64,000 nucleotides of DNA. It comes from Candidatus Methylomirabilota bacterium. GTDB taxonomy: Bacteria; Methylomirabilota; Methylomirabilia; Rokubacteriales; CSP1-6. The DNA is taken from assembly GCA_046726415.1 (NCBI GenBank), contig JBKPAK010000107.1, positions 1,997-65,996 of the forward strand, given 5' to 3'. Shown in pieces: positions 40,741-50,080 of the stretch; position 1 is the first letter of the stretch; each line of letters begins with the position of its first letter. Below the pieces are notes generated by a model. It made no database searches. It had not been told where the DNA came from and saw nothing but the letters and a program-made list of their open reading frames with translations. The position numbers and the translations under genes were made by a program.

Positions 40741-41192
40741 GCGACAGGCCCTCGGTGACCAGGGCCCGCGCGATGGCCAGCATCTGCTGCTCGCCGCCGC
40801 TGAGCCGGTTGCCTTGTGCGTCAGCCGGTCGCGGAGCGCCGAACACCTCGAGCACGCGTCCGACGGTCCACTCGGTGCCCGCGCTCCGGCGCTCCGCGAT
40901 GGCGAGCTGCTCCCGCACGGTGAAGGAGGGGAAGATGCGCTGGCCCTGCCGGACAAGGCCGACCCCAGACCGTACGATCTGCTCCGCGGAGCGGCCGACC
41001 AGCGTCTCGCCGCGGAAGCGGATGGTTGCCGCGCGGGGCGGTTGAAGCCGATGATCGAGTGCACGAGCGTGGTCTTGCCACACCGTTCCGCCCGAGGACC
41101 ACGATCGCCGCGCGGTCGGGAATGGTCAGCGATACGCCCTGCCGCACGTGGCTCCGGCCGTAGTCGGTGTGGACGTCCTCGACTTCCAGCAT
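40741..41192 (-). pseudogene. livF-like branched-chain amino acid ABC ATPase, frameshifted and 3-prime-truncated
   Basis: Frame 1 gives MLEVEDVHTDYGRSHVRQGVSLTIPDRAAIVVLGRNGV, frame 2 gives IRFRGETLVGRSAEQIVRSGVGLVRQGQRIFPSFTVREQLAIA...RLSGGEQQMLAIARALVTEG. At about 40740 the sequence runs directly into the CoxL remnant. Confidence 0.6.
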
Positions 41193-41196
41193 GGGG

Positions 41197-41440
41197 TCAG
41201 CGTCTCCGGCCGAGGTAGATGTCGATCACGCGGGCGTCCCGCTGGATCTCCTCGGGCGCGCTCTCCGCGAGCACCTCACCGAGGTGAAGGACGTTCACGC
41301 TCCGGGCGAGGTTCCGCACGACGTCCATGTCGTGCTCAATGAGCAGGATGGGCAGGTCATCCGGGAGCCCGGCGGTCATCGCGCTGACCTCCTGCAACGC
41401 CGGCCGGCCGAAGCCGCTGCGGGTCGAGGTCCTGGGCTCC
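41197..41440 (-). pseudogene. livG-like ABC ATPase C-terminal fragment
   Basis: ...LPILLIEHDMDVVRNLARSVNVLHLGEVLAESAPEEIQRDARVIDIYLGRRR matches the LivG C-terminus; there is no Walker A region upstream. Confidence 0.55.
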
Positions 41441-41446
41441 TGAAGG

Positions 41447-42079
41447 CTATTTTGGGGGCCATGGCTCACCAAGATGACCATTGGTTACTCCCCATGGACC
41501 CGTGCACGTGTTGCTCCCTATTCCCGGGGGAGAACAACAGCCTGGAGTAACGGCATCCGTAAAGTTGTTTCGAGTGATGGTTATCTTGCAGCCCGAATCT
41601 GTCTTCTCCGCCACCACTGTGACGATCACGTAGGTTGGGACCCCTTTCCCATACCAGGCAGGCTGCTGGGAGAGTACACACTGCGGGGAGATGGCGAATT
41701 GCCCGCCGGAATTGTCGGGATTCTGAGGATTTCCGGATTGCACGGGCAAAGAGACGGAGGTCCAGTACCAGTTATTGACCTGGACACCCAAGCCGGGAAA
41801 GCTCGAAAAATCTCCGCTGATGTTCAGAGAATGACCGGGGAGAATGACCTGTTGGCCCCGGGCAAATATGCTGACGGTATTGCCGTTGGCGCACACGGAA
41901 CTTTGCGGGAGGCCATTGGCAATGGTGATGGGCGTACCCCCCTGCGCGTCAACCGTCCCGCGCAATCCGAGCATCATCATGAGCGCGAGGGCGGCCCATA
42001 GGGAAGACCGCGGGAGCCGCTCAGACCATCGCGCGCAGCCCTGCTGCGGCACGATCTGTGGTGCAGTCGCGGGTATCAT
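41447..42079 (-). CDS. Cys-rich secreted hypothetical protein in a low-GC islet
   Basis: Signal peptide ...RSSLWAALALMMMLGLRGTVDA|QGG; the mature region has 8 Cys and A/T-ending codons unlike the rest of the window; RBS GGGAGGG 7 nt before ATG (complement of 42077-42079). Confidence 0.55.
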   Translation of the reverse strand: MIPATAPQIVPQQGCARWSERLPRSSLWAALALMMMLGLRGTVDAQGGTPITIANGLPQSSVCANGNTVSIFARGQQVILPGHSLNISGDFSSFPGLGVQVNNWYWTSVSLPVQSGNPQNPDNSGGQFAISPQCVLSQQPAWYGKGVPTYVIVTVVAEKTDSGCKITITRNNFTDAVTPGCCSPPGIGSNTCTGPWGVTNGHLGEPWPPK

Positions 42080-42233
42080 GGAGAACCCTCCCGTGCCAGG
42101 CAGCGCCCGTCTGTTCGGTCCACAGCGAATCCATCCGCGATGAGAGGTCATGGCACGGCACATGTCAAGGGCGAAGGGCATGGGCGGCCGGACTGACGTA
42201 TGCTGTGGCGCGAGAGTCGGGATGCGCGTTTTC

Positions 42234-43043
42234 TCAGTCAGTGCCGCGGCGAGCGATGAAATCGAGAGTGGCCTGCGCGCAGCGCTGGGCATCGGTCGCG
42301 GCAACGTGGAAGGAGTTGCCAGGGAGCACCAGGAGCTCGGAATACGGGATCGTCTGCTGCCAAGCTCGAGTTTCCTCGACCGAGGCCAGACTGCTTTCCT
42401 CGGTGGTGATCACCAGCGTGGGGCAGGCGATCTTCGGTAGGTCGGCCCGGATGTCCGAGTAGTTGATGGTGGCATTGAAGCCGACCAGCGTCGACACCGG
42501 GGTACGGCCCATGAACTTGATCCACCACTCGACCCCTTCGGCGGGAAACCGATCGCCGAGCCGGCCGGCCATGGTGCGCCGGGCCCAATGTTCGACGCCG
42601 CGCGTCTCGAACTCTTCGGTCAACGCGGGGATGCGCTCGGCGCCAGGGCGGAGCGGCGGCGGCGAGCCGATCACGGTGAGCGTTGTCACACGCTCGGGGC
42701 GGCGCGCCGAGAACGCCCGGGCGATGACTCCACCGATCTTGGCGCCGACCAGATGGAAGCGTTGAACACCGAGCCAGTCCATGAGGCGGGCATAGTCGTC
42801 AATGATGATGTCGAGGGTCCACGCAAAATCGCGCGGCATCGGCGTCGACGCGCCATAGCCGCGCATATCCGGCCGCACGACCCGGAACCGCCGCGCCAGC
42901 AGCGGCACCCAGGCATACCAGGCCAGGCTGCTCTCGGCATTGCCGTGCAACAGCAGGATGGTTTCAGGCTCCGTCCACGGCTCGGTGAAGTCGTCGACCA
43001 GATAGTGCAGGCGCAGGTCGGGAGACGCCTCGAAGGTCGGCAT
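42234..43043 (-). CDS. alpha/beta hydrolase fold protein
   Basis: MPTFEASPDLRLHYLVDDF...LLLHGNAESS...HLVGAKIGG...; RBS GGAGGATCGCC before ATG (complement of 43041-43043). Confidence 0.8.
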   Translation of the reverse strand: MPTFEASPDLRLHYLVDDFTEPWTEPETILLLHGNAESSLAWYAWVPLLARRFRVVRPDMRGYGASTPMPRDFAWTLDIIIDDYARLMDWLGVQRFHLVGAKIGGVIARAFSARRPERVTTLTVIGSPPPLRPGAERIPALTEEFETRGVEHWARRTMAGRLGDRFPAEGVEWWIKFMGRTPVSTLVGFNATINYSDIRADLPKIACPTLVITTEESSLASVEETRAWQQTIPYSELLVLPGNSFHVAATDAQRCAQATLDFIARRGTD

Positions 43044-43086
43044 GGCGATCCTCCAGTCGGTGGTATAGCGCAGGTTGCGAAACGAC

Positions 43087-44745
43087 ATGACTGAGCGCAC
43101 GCACTACGAGTACGTCATCGCCGGGGCGGGATCGGCGGGCTGCGTGCTCGCCTACCGGCTCACCGCTGATCCATCGGTCCGCGTGCTGCTGCTGGAGGCC
43201 GGCGGGCGCGACACCCATCCGTTGATCCACATCCCGATCGGGCTCGGCAAGATCTGGGAGCATCGGATGTTCGACTGGGGCTACGACACGGAGCCCGAGC
43301 CCCGGCTGGACAACCGCCAGATCGAGGCGATGCGCGGAAAGGTGCTGGGTGGGAGCTCCTCGATCAACGTGATGGCCTATGTCCGCGGCCACCGCGGCGA
43401 CTACGACCGGTGGGCGCAACAAGGCTGCCGTGGCTGGTCGTATGCCGAAGCCCTCCCCTACTTCAAGCGCGGCGAGAGCTGGGAAAAGGGCGAGAACACC
43501 TGGCGTGGCGGCCACGGGCCGCTGAGTGTCATCGATTCACGCAATCGAGATCCGTTGTTCGACGCCTGGCTCGATGCGGCGCAAGAGGCCGACTGGCCGT
43601 TCACGGAAGATTACAACGGCCAGGAGCAAGAGGGCTTCGGTCGGAGTCAATGGACCATCCGAAACGGCCGGCGCTGCAGCGCCGCCGTGGCCTTTCTGCG
43701 ACCGGCCATGGGGCGGCCCAACCTCACGGTCGAGACGAACGCGCTGGTGACCCGGGTGATCCTCGAGGGGGCGCGAGCGACGGGGGTCGAGTACGCCAGA
43801 AACGGCCGCCTCCACCGAGTTTCGACCACGCGCGAGGTGCTGCTGGCCGGCGGTGTGTTCAACACGCCGCAGCTTCTCATGCTGTCGGGCATCGGTGAGG
43901 CGGATCATCTCCGCGAGGTCGGCATCGAGCCCAAGGTGAATCTGTCCGGCGTGGGCAAGAATCTCCAAGATCATCTCTCCGTCGACGTGCACCATGCCCG
44001 GCGGCACCGCGGCCCTTTCCACGCCCAGATGCGTCTTGATCGCGCGGCCGTCAACATGGTGCGCGCCTACGTGTTTGGCACGGGACCGGGGACGGTGCTT
44101 CCGAGTGCTCTGCACGCTTTCCTCAAGACGCGACGGGAGCTCGCGGTCCCCGACATTCAGTTTTTGTTCCGGGGCGCCCCGGCCCGTGCCTATCCCTGGT
44201 TCCCGGGCATCACGCCGGCCTACGAGGACAGCTTCGGGCTTCGACCGGTCATGCTCCATCCCGAAAGCCGGGGCGTCGTGCGGCTGCGCTCGGCGGACCC
44301 GCGCGCTCCCGTGCGTATCGTGCAGAACTTCCTGGCCACCGAGAACGACGTCCGCACGATCCGCGAGGGCGTGAAGCTCGCGCGCGACATCGCGAGCCGG
44401 ACAGGGCTCGACCGGTTCAGGGGCCGCGAGACGGCGCCCGGCCCCGACTGCCGTACCGACGCCGAGATCGACGCGTTCGTGCGCCGCACCGCGATCACCG
44501 TTCACCACCCGTGCGCCACCTGCGCGATGGGACTCGGCGAGGACGCGGTGCTGGATCCAGCGCTGCGCGTGCGAGGCGTCGAGGGACTCCGCGTCGCCGA
44601 TGCCTCGGCCATGCCCGATCTCGTCTCGGGTAACATCAACGCCTGCGTGCTGATGATCGCAGAGAAAGCGGCCGACCTGGTCCTCGGCAAACCGCCGCTG
44701 TCCGCGCATCCAGACTCGACGCCAATCACGTCGGTTGCCCGTTGA
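43087..44745 (+). CDS. GMC-family FAD-dependent oxidoreductase (choline-dehydrogenase-like)
   Basis: MTERTHYEYVIAGAGSAGCVLAYRLTADPSVRVLLLEAGG... FAD motif, plus C-terminal ...GLRVADASAMPDLVSGNINA.... Confidence 0.85.
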   Translation: MTERTHYEYVIAGAGSAGCVLAYRLTADPSVRVLLLEAGGRDTHPLIHIPIGLGKIWEHRMFDWGYDTEPEPRLDNRQIEAMRGKVLGGSSSINVMAYVRGHRGDYDRWAQQGCRGWSYAEALPYFKRGESWEKGENTWRGGHGPLSVIDSRNRDPLFDAWLDAAQEADWPFTEDYNGQEQEGFGRSQWTIRNGRRCSAAVAFLRPAMGRPNLTVETNALVTRVILEGARATGVEYARNGRLHRVSTTREVLLAGGVFNTPQLLMLSGIGEADHLREVGIEPKVNLSGVGKNLQDHLSVDVHHARRHRGPFHAQMRLDRAAVNMVRAYVFGTGPGTVLPSALHAFLKTRRELAVPDIQFLFRGAPARAYPWFPGITPAYEDSFGLRPVMLHPESRGVVRLRSADPRAPVRIVQNFLATENDVRTIREGVKLARDIASRTGLDRFRGRETAPGPDCRTDAEIDAFVRRTAITVHHPCATCAMGLGEDAVLDPALRVRGVEGLRVADASAMPDLVSGNINACVLMIAEKAADLVLGKPPLSAHPDSTPITSVAR

Positions 44746-44780
44746 CCATGCAGTCGTCAGTGACCACGTGAATCGCCACG
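44733..44780. repeat. 46-47-nt near-identical repeat, copy 1 (spans the GMC 3-prime end)
   Basis: CGTCGGTTGCCCGTTGACCATGCAG-TCGTCAGTGACCACGTG matches 51637-51685 with 1 indel and 1 mismatch. Confidence 0.75.
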
Positions 44781-45025
44781 AGGGGGACGTCGGCGGGGCG
44801 CCGCGGGCTGAGCGTCCGACCGCCTGCGCCGCCATCTGAGTCTTCCTGGCGGTCCTCGCGCCCACCGGACTCGGCCTCCTGATTCGGCCTCCGCAGAGGA
44901 CGACCCCCCTGCCGGGCGGGCCGGTCGACGCGTCAGAGCCTTCGGAACGACTATCCCCCAAGAGTACTGCCCGTCGGATTGCGAACGTCGGACGTCGCGT
45001 CAAGCGCCGGCCCGTTCCGAAGGGG

Positions 45026-45608
45026 TTACCCAGCTTTGCCGGCCGCCATCGCTCCGGGAACTTCCTCCAATGTCCCCCTTCTGACGTCGTAAATATATAT
45101 CCGTAGATTGGAATGGACTTGGGGATCAGCGGATGGCTGCGAATGCGCCGCACGTCGGCGATGACACCAGCCGCATTGTCCTTCATCGTGAGCCAATCGA
45201 TGAACTCGCCTTCCGTCGATCCTGGGCCTTTCCCAATGTCGCGAAAGCCATTGGGGGTGAGCTCGGCGGTTTCGAGACTACTGGCGAGGAGGTTCCGCAT
45301 CACCTCGTCGGTGAAGAACAGCAATGCCGCAGTCGGTGTGGTGAATGACGAAAAACTCATTCGTGAGCAGCAGCTTGTAGGAGATGACCAGAGAGCGGAG
45401 AGCGTCATCGCTGGCGCGCCCCGCCGGCGTTACGGATGATGTGGGCATCTCCCTCCGACAGCCCGGCGTACTTGGCAGGATCCAGGCGGGCGTCCATGCA
45501 CGTGAGAATCGTGAAGTGACGCGCCGGTGGTATCGCCAAGTTGGCCTTCCAGCCAAAGTCTGCCGCGTAGGCGGCATTGGCCTTCAGAACTTCTCCCAGC
45601 ACGCTCAT
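45026..45608 (-). pseudogene. beta-class carbonic anhydrase with three frameshifts
   Basis: [20 protein letters not shown]...[10 protein letters not shown]...HIIRNAGG | [17 protein letters not shown]...[12 protein letters not shown] | [11 protein letters not shown]...SIPIYGY | IYDVRRGTLEEVPGAMAAGKAG. Indels lie at a G4 run near 45418, near 45300, and in an AT-dinucleotide run near 45085. Confidence 0.65.
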
Positions 45609-46030
45609 TGTGCGTTCCTTATCTCGTCCAGGCCCCTTCCCCACATTGACGCATCGACTCCACCACTCGGACCTTGGCGACCCACGCGGATGACATCCGA
45701 TCTCTCTTCTCCTGTGTGGTTCAACGCGTCCGGCCGTACCGGCGAGGACTTGCTCAACGCCGACCAGCCCCTCTTTGTCGTCGCCTCGTCGAACCTGTCT
45801 CGTGACTCGCAGAGCACCTTGTTCATAGGCATTCTAGCCGCTCCCGGACAGGGCCGGGGAACGTGGTCGTCGTCGCCGCAATCTCCGACAGGCTCGGTGG
45901 ACCGCGATTCGCCGCTTGACTGACAGGGAGTGAATGTGGCAAGTAGAGGCGCCACCTCGCGCCGGGAAAGGCCACGACCCAGGCATCGGACCGGGACACG
46001 ACGCCACCACGCAACCGGGGACCATCACCC

Positions 46031-46228
46031 ATGAGGCGACTGGGACTGTTGGCCGGCCTCACTCTGGCGGTGCTCGCCGGCGTCGCCGTCATTGGCGCCT
46101 CGGTGACCCCACGGGACGCGGGTCATGTCCGCGTTTATGACGATCACGGACTCGCGGCGCCGACGTCGCCGAGCCATCTCCAGGGCGCGTACCTCCACCG
46201 AACCATGGCGATCATGACGGGGCGTTGA
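46031..46228 (+). other. 65-codon ORF with signal-peptide-like N-terminus; possible N-terminal remnant of a TRAP DctP-type SBP
   Basis: MRRLGLLAGLTLAVLAGVAVIGASVTP...AAPTSPSHLQ resembles the DctP N-terminal TSPxH region; stops at the dctQ start. Confidence 0.3.
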
Positions 46229-46254
46229 CGCGATTGGACGCTCTTCTGCGGATG

Positions 46255-46794
46255 TCCGAGGGCTTGCGGCGGATGCTCGAGGCGGTCGCTCACGCGTCCG
46301 GCTGGCTGCTCGTCGTCATGGCGGCCGTGACCTGCTTCGACGTCCTCGCCCGGAAGGCCGGTCTGCCCGTCCCCCTGACGAAGCTCCAGGAGCTGGAATG
46401 GCACTTCCACGCCGCGATCTTTTCACTGTGGATGGGCTACGGCTACGTGATCAATGCGCATCCCCGCGTCGACTCCTTCACGGAGAAGCTGACCCTTCGG
46501 CGCAAGGCCTGGATCGAGCTGGCCGGCTGCCTGCTCTTCGCGTTGCCGTACGTGGCACTCGTTGCCTACTACAGCCTGGAATTCCTCGCGACGTCCTACG
46601 CGGTGGGCGAGCAATCTGAAAGCCCGTTCGGGCTCACCCAGCGCTGGATCATCAAGGGCATCTTTGCCGCCGGGATCTGGCTGGTGCTGCTCGGGATCCT
46701 CAGCGTCCTGGCTCGCCTGATCGTCTTCCTGTTCGGAGGGCGGTCAGAAGCGGAGGTCAATTTACAGATTGGCAGCACGACACTGGAGATTTAG
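46255..46794 (+). CDS. dctQ: TRAP transporter small permease (DctQ family)
   Basis: MSEGLRRMLEAVAHASGWLLVVMAAVTCFDVLARKAG... with 4 TM helices; an alternative TTG start lies at 46225. Confidence 0.7.
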   Translation, partial: SEGLRRMLEAVAHASGWLLVVMAAVTCFDVLARKAGLPVPLTKLQELEWHFHAAIFSLWMGYGYVINAHPRVDSFTEKLTLRRKAWIELAGCLLFALPYVALVAYYSLEFLATSYAVGEQSESPFGLTQRWIIKGIFAAGIWLVLLGILSVLARLIVFLFGGRSEAEVNLQIGSTTLEI

Positions 46795-46811
46795 CCCGGA
46801 GAGGAGGCGTC

Positions 46812-47390
46812 GTGCTCGACTGGTTGGCCGCGGTGGACGACCTGAAGGGCCTGAAGATGCGCTTCTTCGGCCTCGGCGCCCGGGTGATGCAGAAGCTCGG
46901 CGTTCAGACGCAGCTCCTCCCGCCGGGCGACATTTTCCCGGCCCTCGAGCGCGGGGTCATCGACGCCACCGAGCTGGCCTTCCCCTCCATCGACCTCAAG
47001 CAGGGCTTCTACCAGGTCGCCAAGCACTACTACTTCCCGGGCTGGCATCAGCAGTCCTCGGTGGGCGAGTTCCTGGTCAACCTGAAGAAGTGGGGGGAGC
47101 TCTCCGAGGAGCATCGCAAGATGATCGAGGTGGCCTGCGACGCCAATCTCACGTGGACCTTCGTCACCAGCGAATCCCGTCAGTTCGGCGCCATGCGGGA
47201 GCTGGTGGAAAAGCACGGCGTGAAGATCCACTACTGGTCCGAGGCGATCCTGGCCAAGATGCGCTCCGCGTGGGAAGAGGTGATCGTGGAGGAATCCGCC
47301 AAGGATCCGGACTTCAAGCGCGCCCACGAGAGCTACGCCGCCTTCCGCAAGCAGTACGCGATCTGGAAAGAGCACGGCTACCTGAAGTAG
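46812..47390 (+). pseudogene. TRAP DctP-family SBP, C-terminal roughly 60% only (no signal peptide or N-domain)
   Basis: ...LKGLKMRFFGLGARVMQKLGVQTQLLPPGDIFPALERGVIDATELAFPS... aligns to the DctP C-terminal domain; GTG start with RBS GGAGAGGAGG; no dctM follows. Confidence 0.5.
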
Positions 47391-47432
47391 GGCGGCCAAA
47401 AGCCCACGGCGAGTCACAATGGAGGTGACGTG

Positions 47433-48542
47433 ATGGCGAAGCAATGGACGCGTCGACAGGTACTGACCCAGATGGGGATCGCCGCCGCGGCGGTCCACAC
47501 CCTCGACCCCCACGAGCTCTGCTGTGTCCTCCCCGCCCACGCCCAAACGGCCGACAAAGAGCTCTTCCAGCTGAAAAAAGTCGCCGATGGCGTGTACGCC
47601 GCCATCGCCGAGACGCGGTACAAGCTCAACTGCAACGCCGCGGTGATCATGACCGACGACGGCGTGATCGTCGTCGACTCCCACTCGAAGCCCTCCGCGG
47701 CCCGCGCGCTGTACCGAGAGATCCAGGCGGTCACCAAGAAGCCCGTGCGCAAGATGATCAACACGCACTTCCACTGGGACCACTGGCAGGGGAACGAGGT
47801 GTACGCGGCGGCGAACCCCGGCCTCGAGATCGTCGCCACCCAGCAGACGCGGGAGAACCTCACCAAGCCGGACGCGGGTCGCGGCGGCATCCCCTTCATC
47901 GAGCAGCAGGTCAAGACCCTGCTGCCGACCGAGATCGAGAAGCTGAAGGGCGACATTCTCAAGGAAACGAACCCCGACACGAAGAAGAACCTCGAGTCGA
48001 ACCTGCAGCAGGCCGAGGCCTACCTGCAGGAGCTCAAGCAGATGAAGCCGGCGCTGCCGACGCGGATGCTCACGACCACGACGACCTTGCGGGAGCAGGG
48101 GCGCGAGATCCAGCTCCACATGCTCGGCAAGGGCCACACCGACGGCGACCTCTACACGTATTTGCCCAAGGAGAAGGTGGTCGTCACCGGCGACGCCCTG
48201 GTCGACTGGATGCCCTTCATCAACGACGGATACCCGGAGGACTGGGTGCAGAGCTTGACCAATTTGGAGAAGCTCGACTTCACCCACATCATTCCGGGGC
48301 ACGGCGAGGTCATCCCCAAGAGCGGGCTCATCTACTTCCGCGGGTACCTCGTCGACCTCATCGCCGCCGTGAAGAAGGCGTCGGCCGACGGCGCCACGCT
48401 CGATGAAATGGAAGGCACGATCGCCGAGCAGCTCGCCCCGAAGTACGAGCAAGGCATGTCCAAGTACCCGCTCGGCCGGTATCGCAACAGTATCGGGACC
48501 AACATCGAGATGGTTCACAAGAAGGTAGTCAAGAAGACCTGA
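47433..48542 (+). CDS. MBL-fold metallo-hydrolase, Tat-secreted
   Basis: MAKQWTRRQVLTQMGIAAAAVHTL twin-arginine signal; HFHWDH metal-binding motif. Confidence 0.8.
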   Translation: MAKQWTRRQVLTQMGIAAAAVHTLDPHELCCVLPAHAQTADKELFQLKKVADGVYAAIAETRYKLNCNAAVIMTDDGVIVVDSHSKPSAARALYREIQAVTKKPVRKMINTHFHWDHWQGNEVYAAANPGLEIVATQQTRENLTKPDAGRGGIPFIEQQVKTLLPTEIEKLKGDILKETNPDTKKNLESNLQQAEAYLQELKQMKPALPTRMLTTTTTLREQGREIQLHMLGKGHTDGDLYTYLPKEKVVVTGDALVDWMPFINDGYPEDWVQSLTNLEKLDFTHIIPGHGEVIPKSGLIYFRGYLVDLIAAVKKASADGATLDEMEGTIAEQLAPKYEQGMSKYPLGRYRNSIGTNIEMVHKKVVKKT

Positions 48543-48817
48543 GGGTTCGGAACACTGAACGCGATGGATGCCCCAGGCAAGGTGGTGGGTGGAGGAGCGC
48601 GCCAGGCCTGGGGTATCAGGAACGAGTGCTGAGAAGGAGCGTGAGCGAAATGGTCAGGGGCCGTTGGGCACCACGCAGTCGCCTCACCAGCCGGCGCGCC
48701 GCGCTCCAGCGCCTCGAGAAGCAAGGCGTCGAGACACCCGACGACGTGCTCCGCTACGGCTAAACGTGATCGCGCGGTTCCGCTGAGGCGGAGCCCACTC
48801 TCAGGAGGTTCGCACCG

Positions 48818-50048
48818 GTGAAGCCCGAAGAGTTCGTGAAGCCCGAGGACGTGGGTCTCTCATCGTCGCGCCTGGCCCGCGTGGGAGCGCATCTGGAGAG
48901 GTACATCGAGGCGGGCAAGATCGCCGGGGCCCTGACTCTGGTCGCCCGCAGGGGCCAGGTGGCCTACTGCGAGCCCCTGGGTCATCTGGAGATCGAGCGC
49001 CGGCGGCCCGTGACGCTCGACGCGATCTTCCGCATCTATTCCATGACCAAGCCGATCACGAGCGTGGGGCTGATGATGCTACGAGCAGGGGAAGCTCCAG
49101 CTCGACGATCCCGTGCATCGGTTCATTCCGTCGTGGAAGAATCTCCAGGCGTTCGTGAGCGGCAACCACCCCAACTTCGCCACGGCGCCCGTGGCCCGGC
49201 CCATGACCGTCCGCGACCTGCTCAGTCACACCTCGGGGCTGACGTACGGGTTCATGGAGCGGACCAACGTCGACGCCGCGTACCGCAAGCTGGGGGTGGC
49301 CGACCGGACCCGACCCGGCAACACCCTGCGGACCATGGTGGATACGCTCGCGCATCTCCCGCTCGAGTTCTCGCCCGGCACGCGCTGGAACTACTCCGTG
49401 TCCACGGACGTGGTCGGACATTTGATCGAGGTCATCTCCGGCCAGCCTCTGGACGCGTACCTGCGCGACTCCATCCTCGAGCCTCTGGGGATGCGGGACA
49501 CCGGTTTCGTGATCGAGGAGGAACAGATCCCGCGCTTCGCCGCCAACTACCAGCGCCAGGCCGACGGGACCCTGAAGCTCATCGACGATCCGGAGCAGAG
49601 CGAATACCGCGTGTGCAGCTTCTTCTCGGGCGGAGGCGGGTTGGTGTCGACGGCGCCGGACTACTTCCGCTTCACCGCGATGCTGCGCAACCGGGGCCAG
49701 CTGGACGGAGTGCGCTTGCTCGGGCGGAAGACGGTGGAGCTGATGACCACGAACCACCTGCCCGGCGGTCAGGATCTGGCCCAGCTCGCCCAGGCGGGCA
49801 TGTTCACGGAGACGGCCTACGCGGGGGTCGGGTTCGGCCTCGGCTTCTCGGTCATGCAGTCGCCGGCGCGAGCGCACATCCTGGGAACGCCGGGCGAGTA
49901 CGCGTGGGGCGGAGCGGCGAGCACGGCCTTCTGGATCGATCCCGCCGAGGATCTCATCGTCATCTTCATGACTCAGCTCATGCCCTCCTCGTCGTACCCG
50001 CTGCGCCGCGAGCTGCGGGTCCTGACCTACGCGTCGCTGCTCGATTGA
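48818..50048 (+). pseudogene. serine hydrolase (class-C beta-lactamase / EstB esterase family) with a single frameshift near 49090
   Basis: Frame A, from GTG 48818 with RBS CAGGAGG, encodes ...FRIYSMTKPITSVGLMML (the SxxK motif). It continues as YEQGKLQLDDPVHRFIPSW... only in the +1 frame, consistent with a 1-nt deletion in ATGCTACGAG; the combined length of about 400 aa is normal for the family. Confidence 0.6.
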
Positions 50049-50080
50049 CCTCTGGCTCTAGGAGGCGTCGGGGAAATCAC

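Noticed and set aside
40210-41064. 284-aa minus-strand ORF across the LivF/CoxL remnant region
   Set aside because: It is a chimeric frame stitching out-of-frame pieces and contains only short true LivF-like stretches. The region is better described as pseudogene fragments.
43537-45408. 623-aa minus-strand ORF
   Set aside because: Most of it is antisense to the GMC oxidoreductase. Only its 5-prime-proximal portion (about 45026-45300) carries real coding signal, and that belongs to the frameshifted beta-carbonic anhydrase reported separately.
46791-48518. 575-aa minus-strand ORF
   Set aside because: Antisense to the DctP fragment and the MBL hydrolase, with highly acidic/Gly/Leu-rich artificial composition.
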